In this document: positions 7,217-13,223 of the stretch, piece after piece
Layout: each line of letters begins with the position of its first letter
Numbering within the stretch: the first letter of the stretch is position 1
Assembly: GCA_036339735.1 (NCBI GenBank)
Contig: JAYZAL010000103.1
Location: forward strand, 1-13,223
Source: Candidatus Poribacteria bacterium
GTDB lineage: Bacteria > Poribacteria > WGA-4E > UBA9662
Length of the DNA: 13,223 nt
Direction of reading: 5' to 3'
Translations under genes and position numbers: made by a program
Notes under the pieces: model-generated
The model's input: the letters and a program-made list of their open reading frames with translations, nothing else
Told to the model about the DNA's origin: nothing
Databases searched by the model: none

Positions 7217-8269
7217 TTGCTAATAATGAAGACAACTACATATTGCCATTGTCAAAATCCCCGATTTACTGTGCCTGCAGCATTCTACTTGATAATATTA
7301 GCAGTATTTCCATTTTTTGTAATGGGGTGTGGCGACCAAAATGAGAATCTTTCAAAAGGCAAGGAGTTAATTAAGTCCGATAAACGAAGAAAGGAAGAAA
7401 GAGCTGTTAGGGAGTTTTATCTTGCCATACATTCTGAACCAACTAACCCTGAAGCTAACTACCTTTTCGGTTACTACAACTCCCCATCGTTATATTCACC
7501 TAACCGCAGGTCATCTTGGGAGAAATGGCTGGAAACTAACAAAATTAACAAATCTTTCGAACAATTGAAGCTTCAGTCTCGCCCGAAGGAACGTGGAGCT
7601 TTCTTGTTCAAAGCATATCAAGAAAATCCTGGTAAATACCTAGAAATTTTTATTTTTGAAACGTTGAGAGTATCTTCTGATGAGCTACGAGAGTCAACCT
7701 TATCGGCCTTAGTTCAGATTTATCAGAGCAAATATAAAAGTAAGCTGTTGTCATTGATCAGGAAAGCAATAAAATCCAAAGATAATCGGGATCGTCATGA
7801 TGCTCAAATAGTCTTTTCTACAATAGCGAAAGTTAATGCGACATATACCCTTCCGATTGTAGAAGAGTTGAAAGCTTTACTTAAGCACAATCGAATGGAG
7901 ACACGTCTTAATGCGGTCAAAGCTTTAGGAGAAATTGGTAACACTGAGGCCATCTCAGAATTGGTGGCTGTTATCGATGGTCGACGACCAGTTCAGAACT
8001 GGGTGCAAAGATTCTATCTTAGTAATACAAAATATCAAGAAGAAGGGGAAGTTCGTCAACTAGCTGTGGCAGCTTTAGGTCAAATCGGTGTGGAAGATCC
8101 AAATTCAGTTGCGGTTGACCGGCTGATCGAAATCGTACAGAATAAGGGTTCAGCTTTGCGGGTCGATGCTATAGAAGCGTTAGGAAAGATTGGTAATACT
8201 GATGCTGTAGTTCCCTTGATAGAAATTTTGAAGGAAGATACACGGCGTCAGATTAAAATTAACTTATAA
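7217..8269 (+). CDS. Predicted lipoprotein with a TPR-like motif and C-terminal HEAT (PBS-lyase-type) repeats; start may be ATG 7226
   Basis: Hydrophobic stretch ending in lipobox-like VMG-C (Cys codon 7328-7330). TPR-like AVREFYLAIHSEPTNPEANYLFG. Repeats RLNAVKALGEIGNTEAISELV, RQLAVAALGQIG..AVDRLIEIV, RVDAIEALGKIGNTDAVVPLIEIL; repeats 1 and 3 are still similar at DNA level (about 7921-7950 vs 8177-8206). Confidence 0.85.
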   Translation: MLIMKTTTYCHCQNPRFTVPAAFYLIILAVFPFFVMGCGDQNENLSKGKELIKSDKRRKEERAVREFYLAIHSEPTNPEANYLFGYYNSPSLYSPNRRSSWEKWLETNKINKSFEQLKLQSRPKERGAFLFKAYQENPGKYLEIFIFETLRVSSDELRESTLSALVQIYQSKYKSKLLSLIRKAIKSKDNRDRHDAQIVFSTIAKVNATYTLPIVEELKALLKHNRMETRLNAVKALGEIGNTEAISELVAVIDGRRPVQNWVQRFYLSNTKYQEEGEVRQLAVAALGQIGVEDPNSVAVDRLIEIVQNKGSALRVDAIEALGKIGNTDAVVPLIEILKEDTRRQIKINL

Positions 8270-8294
8270 ATCAAGACTGTTCTAGAACGAAAAA

Positions 8295-9581
8295 ATGATA
8301 ATGAGAAAACAATTTGTACCATTTTTCTTGATAATTGGACTAAGTTTCTTTGGGTGTAGTCAGATGGAATACCAAGATACTAAAATGGGCATAACTGTAC
8401 AGAGGTTGGATGGCGACCTCGAAAACCGTTGGGCAGTAAGCGGTGTTGCGGTTAAATTGGTGGATTCTGGTTCTAAAGCAGATCAAGCGGGCATCGAAAC
8501 TGGTGCTTTGCTTTCCCATATTACCGGTGAAATCCCACTAACCTCTGGGATATCCTTCAACAGAATTGTGAATAAGGCTATGAGGAAAGATAATCAGGTA
8601 ACGTTCGAGTTATCTGATGGTACAAGGATAAAACTCTCGGTTCGCCGACGTGGGGATAAACCAGGCTTAACAGTCAGAGCAGGCGGAGAAATAACTGACA
8701 TTGTACCGGATTCACCTGCTGAAAAAGCTGGATTGCTTATTGGTCAAACCATTTCTAGTGTGATTGATGAACGAAATATTGAGTCAGTTGAAGACTACAA
8801 GAAAGCCGTAAAAGATTTTTCTCAGTATCAGAAACCAATTACTTTACAAACTACAGAGTTGAGTGGCGTCAAGGTGGCGGTAGTAAAAGCATTGAGTCAA
8901 CTTACTAACCAGTCTGCGTTGGATCAATTAATTGCACATGTTGAAGCAAAGGATGGACCGCTTAGGCAGCCAGCCGTTGCGGCTCTAGAACAACTGGTGG
9001 CTACTGCTGCAGAATCTCCGAGTTCCACTTTCAACCAAGAAATAATGAAAGATGGCCGAATTTCAGATTTGACGCAGCGGTATATGCAACGCATCTATGA
9101 ACCAAATCCTGAAATTAGACGAAGTTGCCTCTCGATCTTAAGTGCTTTAAAAACGACTTCGGCAATCCCTGAATTGATAACGGTAGTCAAAGACGAGGCA
9201 GAAATACCTGGTATTCGCTTCAAGGCAGGTTCAACATTAAGTCAAATTGGCGCACAGGCTGTTGAGCCGCTAATGGTAGCTTATGCGAATGGAAACGCTA
9301 ACGTTAAAGACATAGTAGCATCTGCTTTGGGGAATATAAACAACGAGAATGCCAAACGGATGTTGTTGAGTGCCATTTCTACAGAACAAAATCCAACTGT
9401 ACAGTTAACTTTGGCTGATGCGATAGCAAAATTTAATGATGAAGAATCTAAGCAAACACTAAGTAAATTACGATCTGTTTCACAAGGGAACTCTGGACTC
9501 CAAATGTTCATAGATGAATTATTACGACCTAAAGTAAATGTTCAAGCGGAACTAGATGAAGAGGAGGAGTTTGAACTCTAA
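8295..9581 (+). CDS. Predicted lipoprotein with two tandem PDZ-like domains followed by HEAT repeats
   Basis: Signal MRKQFVPFFLIIGLSFFG-C (Cys codon 8355-8357). PDZ-like MGITVQ..GVAVKLVDSGSKADQAGIETG and PGLTV..EITDIVPDSPAEKAGLLIGQTISSV. HEAT-like RQPAVAALEQL, IRFKAGSTLSQIGAQAVEPLM, KDIVASALGNI, QLTLADAIAKF. Acidic C-terminal tail. Confidence 0.85.
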   Translation: MIMRKQFVPFFLIIGLSFFGCSQMEYQDTKMGITVQRLDGDLENRWAVSGVAVKLVDSGSKADQAGIETGALLSHITGEIPLTSGISFNRIVNKAMRKDNQVTFELSDGTRIKLSVRRRGDKPGLTVRAGGEITDIVPDSPAEKAGLLIGQTISSVIDERNIESVEDYKKAVKDFSQYQKPITLQTTELSGVKVAVVKALSQLTNQSALDQLIAHVEAKDGPLRQPAVAALEQLVATAAESPSSTFNQEIMKDGRISDLTQRYMQRIYEPNPEIRRSCLSILSALKTTSAIPELITVVKDEAEIPGIRFKAGSTLSQIGAQAVEPLMVAYANGNANVKDIVASALGNINNENAKRMLLSAISTEQNPTVQLTLADAIAKFNDEESKQTLSKLRSVSQGNSGLQMFIDELLRPKVNVQAELDEEEEFEL

Positions 9582-9583
9582 TT

Positions 9584-10840
9584 TTGATGCTTAAGAATCA
9601 ACAACTAGCTCAAGTTGTCAATCGTGTAGTGAATGAACAGCCTGTCGTTGATATTCACACACATCTTTTTGCTCCTGCGTTTGGAGAGTTTCTTCTTTGG
9701 GGTATAGACGACCTTTTAACGTATCATTATTTAGTCGCCGAAACTTTTCGCCTGTCAAGTATTACATACGATGAATTCTGGGCAAAATCTAAACAAGAAC
9801 AAGCGGACTTAGTTTGGCAAACGCTCTTCATTGAAAACTCCCCAGTTAGCGAAGCATGCCGCGGTGTTGTTACTACCCTGAAATCTTTAGGCTTAGATTT
9901 GTCCGCTCGTAATCTCAGGGAGTACAGAAATTTCTTTGACAACCTAACTGTCGATGAGTTTGTAGACAAAAGCTTTAGTCTAGCTAATGTTAAGTCAGTC
10001 GTAATGACTAATGATCCATTTGATCCAATTGAACGTGAAATTTGGTCGACATACCAAGGGGAAGATCCTCGCTTTCAATCTGCTTTGCGTATTGATCCAC
10101 TATTGAATGACTACGCAAAAACAGGAATTGATACTCTGCAATCATTAGGTTACCAAGTAGATGGTGATTATTCTAACGGTTTGTCACAGAAGTCTAAACA
10201 CCAGATTTGTAAATTTCTAGGCGATTGGATCAAACGAATAAAGCCGAGATATATGGCTGTTTCTCTCCCACCTGACTTTTGTTACCCAGAAGCCTCGATT
10301 CGTGGACAAATGATTCAAGAATGTATATTGCCAATTTCTCGCCAATATGATTTACCTTTTGCTTTAATGATTGGGGTGAAACGTTCTGTCAATCCACAGC
10401 TTCGATTGGCTGGAGATGGACTTGGCAAAGCAGATCTAACCTGTCTCGAGAACTTATTAAAAGAAAATCCATCGAACAAATTTTTATCTACCGTTTTGGC
10501 CCGCGAAAATCAGCATGAATTGTGTGTACTAGCACGTAAATTCCCAAACTTGATGATTTTTGGTTGTTGGTGGTTTGTCAATAACCCAAGTATCGTAGAA
10601 GAAATAACGCGAGAAAGAATAGAACTGTTAGGAGTAAGTGTCATCCCTCAGCACTCTGACGCACGCGTTATGGACCAGTTGATTTATAAGTGGACTCATT
10701 CACGACAAATTATTAGTAGTGTCCTAGTTGAAAAATATAGTATTCTGCTTGATTCTGGTTGGAAAATTAACGAATCCGAGATTGAACGAGATGTTGGAAG
10801 ACTACTCAGTGATAATTTCACTCATTTCCTTTCATCCTAG
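9584..10840 (+). CDS. uxaC: Uronate (glucuronate/galacturonate) isomerase, divergent Bacillus halodurans BH0493-type, amidohydrolase superfamily; start TTG 9584 or ATG 9587
   Basis: 418 aa. Metal-binding DIHTHL, LLTYHYLVAE, VVMTNDPFD, LMIGVKR, FGCWWF and QHSDAR motifs are characteristic of this uronate isomerase group. Confidence 0.88.
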   Translation: MMLKNQQLAQVVNRVVNEQPVVDIHTHLFAPAFGEFLLWGIDDLLTYHYLVAETFRLSSITYDEFWAKSKQEQADLVWQTLFIENSPVSEACRGVVTTLKSLGLDLSARNLREYRNFFDNLTVDEFVDKSFSLANVKSVVMTNDPFDPIEREIWSTYQGEDPRFQSALRIDPLLNDYAKTGIDTLQSLGYQVDGDYSNGLSQKSKHQICKFLGDWIKRIKPRYMAVSLPPDFCYPEASIRGQMIQECILPISRQYDLPFALMIGVKRSVNPQLRLAGDGLGKADLTCLENLLKENPSNKFLSTVLARENQHELCVLARKFPNLMIFGCWWFVNNPSIVEEITRERIELLGVSVIPQHSDARVMDQLIYKWTHSRQIISSVLVEKYSILLDSGWKINESEIERDVGRLLSDNFTHFLSS

Positions 10841-10871
10841 GCCTTACCTGCTAGGTTACACTAGAAGACCG

Positions 10872-10877
10872 TATAAT
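10872..10877 (+). promoter_or_regulatory. Candidate -10 element of an internal promoter for rph-rdgB
   Basis: Perfect TATAAT in the 53-nt intergenic gap, 16 nt before the rph ATG. The -35 match is weak (CTGCTA at 10848-10853, 18-nt spacer). Confidence 0.45.
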
Positions 10878-10893
10878 AAATTCCAAATGAAAA

Positions 10894-11652
10894 ATGAAAA
10901 GAATTGATAAAAGAGAACCTAACCAAATGCGACCTGTTCGCATTGAACGTAATTATATTAAGCACCCAGAAGGTTCAGTCTTGATTTCGGTGGGCGATAC
11001 CAAAGTTATTTGTAATGCCTCCGTGGAAAATGGGCAACCTCGTTTTATGAAAGAGCAGAATATTCGCAACCGAGGGTGGGTAACTGCTGAATATTCCATG
11101 CTTCCTCGCTCTACATCTGAACGGATGAGAAGGGAAGTCACAAGTGGCAGAATCGGGGGCCGAACACAGGAAATACAAAGGTTAATTGGTAGGAGCTTAC
11201 GAGCTATTACTGACTTGGATGCTTTGGGTGAGAGGACTATTTGGATTGACTGTGACGTTATTCAAGCTGATGGTGGAACACGTACAGCCGCTATTACCGG
11301 TGCATTTATTGCACTTTGGGACGCATGTAAATTCCTGATTGATCGAAGACGAATTAAAGATCTGCCGATTATTGATAACATTGCTGCGACAAGCGTTGGT
11401 ATTCTTGATAACCGGCCGATGCTGGATCTTTGTTACGTGGAAGATTCTAATGCTGAAGTTGATATGAACATTATAATGACAGGGAAAGGAAAAATTGTTG
11501 AAGTTCAAGGGACAGCAGAAAAAGAGCCTTTTACAAAAACTGAACTTAACGAAATACTTGAGCTAGGCGAGTCCGGAATACGGGACTTAATTCGTTTACA
11601 AAAAAGACTCATTATTGAAGATCTGAATGAAGTTAGTTCTTGCGACCAATAA
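10894..11652 (+). CDS. rph: Ribonuclease PH (tRNA nucleotidyltransferase)
   Basis: 252 aa with [71 protein letters not shown] and EVQGTAE: hallmark RNase PH motifs. Confidence 0.98.
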   Translation: MKRIDKREPNQMRPVRIERNYIKHPEGSVLISVGDTKVICNASVENGQPRFMKEQNIRNRGWVTAEYSMLPRSTSERMRREVTSGRIGGRTQEIQRLIGRSLRAITDLDALGERTIWIDCDVIQADGGTRTAAITGAFIALWDACKFLIDRRRIKDLPIIDNIAATSVGILDNRPMLDLCYVEDSNAEVDMNIIMTGKGKIVEVQGTAEKEPFTKTELNEILELGESGIRDLIRLQKRLIIEDLNEVSSCDQ

Positions 11653-12229
11653 CGTCAAAAAAGTAACCGAAATTCGGCAGATTCTCGATGGTTCATTTGA
11701 AGCAATTGGGCTAATTGAGGCGGGTATTGATGTAGAAATGATCGAAGATTGTCAAACATTTGCTGGTAATGCCATTCGTAAAGCATTAGCAGTATCTAGA
11801 GCCACAGATGAGTTGTCCCTCGCAGATGACTCTGGTTTAGTTGTAGAATCACTTGATGGAGCTCCAGGAGTACATTCTGCTCGTTATGCTGGAGAAATGG
11901 CTACAGATGAAGATAAAAATCAAAAAATCCTGCAAAATCTGAGAAATATAGAGTTGCGTACAGCCTACTTTCAGTGTGCTATTGCTATTGTTGATCGACA
12001 TGAGAAGATTGAAGTGGTTGAAGCTATCTGTCGAGGTAGCATCACGACTGAACCAGTGGGCAACAAAGGATTTGGTTATGATCCAATCTTCATTCCACAA
12101 GGGTATAACGAGACCTTTGCACAATTGGGGTTAACTGTTAAAAACCAGATTAGCCATCGTGCAAAAGCTTTGAGATTAGCAGTGAAGGTTGTACAAAATT
12201 GGTATTCCCACCTACAGGTAGATGACTGA
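11627..12229 (+). CDS. rdgB: RdgB/HAM1 family non-canonical purine NTP (dITP/XTP) pyrophosphatase
   Basis: 200 aa with [45 protein letters not shown] and the signature ISHR. Overlaps the rph 3' end by 26 nt, consistent with the widespread rph-rdgB gene pair. Confidence 0.97.
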   Translation: MKLVLATNNVKKVTEIRQILDGSFEAIGLIEAGIDVEMIEDCQTFAGNAIRKALAVSRATDELSLADDSGLVVESLDGAPGVHSARYAGEMATDEDKNQKILQNLRNIELRTAYFQCAIAIVDRHEKIEVVEAICRGSITTEPVGNKGFGYDPIFIPQGYNETFAQLGLTVKNQISHRAKALRLAVKVVQNWYSHLQVDD

Positions 12230-12237
12230 GATCTTAA

Positions 12238-13223
12238 ATGTTTTTTCTAAGACACAATCTTCACAGATGGGTTGTAGATTTGACCCAAATCTGCGTCGTA
12301 TTAGGATCTTCGTTTTTCTTGTCTTGCAGTCAAGAGACGGTTAATACTTCTCCCATAATTGATCGACTGATTGTTCCTGCCGAAGTTTTGGTTGGTGTAA
12401 AAACCGAATTTCACGTGATCGCTAGAGATTCAGAAGGTGACTCTCTGTCCTATACTTGGTCAATTAGCCAAGGGCAAATAGTAGAAAGTAGTTCTCGAAC
12501 CGCCACTTGGATAGCCCCGGATCAACCAGATTCATTTACTGTCTCAGTATTTATTAGTGATGGAATTTCTGAACCGACTACTCGTAGTAAACAAATTTTG
12601 GTTAAAGCTCCAAATGAACCTCCTGAGATTACTGAATTGAGAATTCCCAAAAAAGTTAGTGCGGGCGAAATATCGCAGTTATCTTTACTTGCCGTTGATC
12701 CCAATGAAGACTCCTTGATTTTTACGTGGAAAATGGACGATGTAGTTCTTGAAGAGGGACCTAAAACCGAAATTGAATGGCAAGTCCCCACTCAAGAAGG
12801 TGAAGTTACAATTCAAGTAATCGTTTCAGATGGAATAGCACCTGCAGTAAAACGATCAAATATTGTAATTGTTACTCGTTCACTATTGATAGTGCCGGGT
12901 CTCAGAGCTGGTGGTATTACCTTAGGTGATTCATTTAAAACGATCAAGGATATTTACGGTGAGCCAAACATATTCGAAAAGGTTGACGACTTGTTCTTTT
13001 TTGCTTTCTGGCAACCTGACCAAGGAATTTCGGGATTCATAGATGAACAAACGAAAACTGTTACAGCAACTTTTATTCAATCACCTAACCAGGCAAAAAC
13101 TGCTGCTGGTAATGGTGTTAATAGCACCTTAAACAGTGTAGAAAAAGAATTTGGATTAGTCGAAGATATTAGGAATAATTTGGAACATTGGTACTGGACA
13201 AAAGGTATTGAATTTGATGTTCG
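12238..13223 (+). CDS. Partial (3'-truncated) predicted lipoprotein with two tandem Ig-like/PKD-like domains plus a further C-terminal domain
   Basis: Translated by hand; not in the ORF track. In-frame TAA at 12235, ATG at 12238, open for 328 codons to the edge. Lipobox-like FLS-C (Cys30). Repeat 1 NTSPII..ARDSEGDSLSYTW..ATWIAP..VFISDG and repeat 2 NEPPEI..AVDPNEDSLIFTW..IEWQVP..VIVSDG, 90 aa apart. Then IVPGLRAGGITLGDSFKTIKDIYGEP. Confidence 0.88.
   Translation, partial: MFFLRHNLHRWVVDLTQICVVLGSSFFLSCSQETVNTSPIIDRLIVPAEVLVGVKTEFHVIARDSEGDSLSYTWSISQGQIVESSSRTATWIAPDQPDSFTVSVFISDGISEPTTRSKQILVKAPNEPPEITELRIPKKVSAGEISQLSLLAVDPNEDSLIFTWKMDDVVLEEGPKTEIEWQVPTQEGEVTIQVIVSDGIAPAVKRSNIVIVTRSLLIVPGLRAGGITLGDSFKTIKDIYGEPNIFEKVDDLFFFAFWQPDQGISGFIDEQTKTVTATFIQSPNQAKTAAGNGVNSTLNSVEKEFGLVEDIRNNLEHWYWTKGIEFDV

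Noticed and set aside
8230..8360. Frameshifted single gene or pseudogene joining the two HEAT ORFs
   Set aside because: The second ORF has its own complete lipoprotein signal peptide right after its ATG, which argues for two independent genes.
9561..9569. GAGGAGGAG as a strong Shine-Dalgarno or a tandem repeat
   Set aside because: It encodes the poly-Glu tail of the upstream protein and lies 14-17 nt from the uxaC start codons, too far for a typical SD.
11627..11652. 26-nt rph/rdgB overlap as programmed frameshift or fusion
   Set aside because: Both proteins are full length with their own start and stop, no slippery site is evident, and overlap in this conserved pair is unremarkable.
9281..12791. 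Minus-strand ORFs 9281-9511, 9727-9969, 10953-11141, 10975-11178, 11197-11508, 11849-12124 and 12522-12791
   Set aside because: Antisense shadows of the PDZ-HEAT, uxaC, rph, rdgB and Ig-repeat genes. 12522-12791 is explained by the longer plus-strand frame starting at 12238.
1..13223. CRISPR arrays, tRNA/rRNA genes, IS elements, integrases or prophage genes
   Set aside because: No regularly spaced direct repeats, cloverleaf motifs, terminal inverted repeats or transposase/integrase motifs were seen. Intergenic gaps are short and mostly accounted for.

Overview
Bacterial chromosomal window of roughly 40% GC (estimated by eye) with nine well-supported protein-coding genes. I saw no RNA genes, CRISPR array or mobile element. 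The minus strand carries an MDR-family dehydrogenase (422-1423) and a fused ABC exporter with an unusual N-terminal extension and Cys4 zinc ribbon (1639-3999). The plus strand, divergent from these, carries a HelY/Ski2-like DEVH helicase (4188-6518) behind a perfect TTGACA-N17-TATAAT promoter implying a (near-)leaderless mRNA. It is followed by a GNAT acetyltransferase behind two tandem sigma70-like promoters, two lipoproteins (TPR+HEAT; PDZ-PDZ+HEAT), a BH0493-type uronate isomerase and the rph-rdgB pair. A 3'-truncated lipoprotein with two Ig/PKD-like repeats (12238->13223) is missing from the ORF track. The gene mix is reminiscent of Candidatus Poribacteria, but this is inference only. The most interesting items are the protease-less PDZ/HEAT lipoprotein pair, the helicase arch with an Arg-rich segment, the zinc-ribbon ABC exporter and the leaderless-type promoter geometry. 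None is proven novel without searches.
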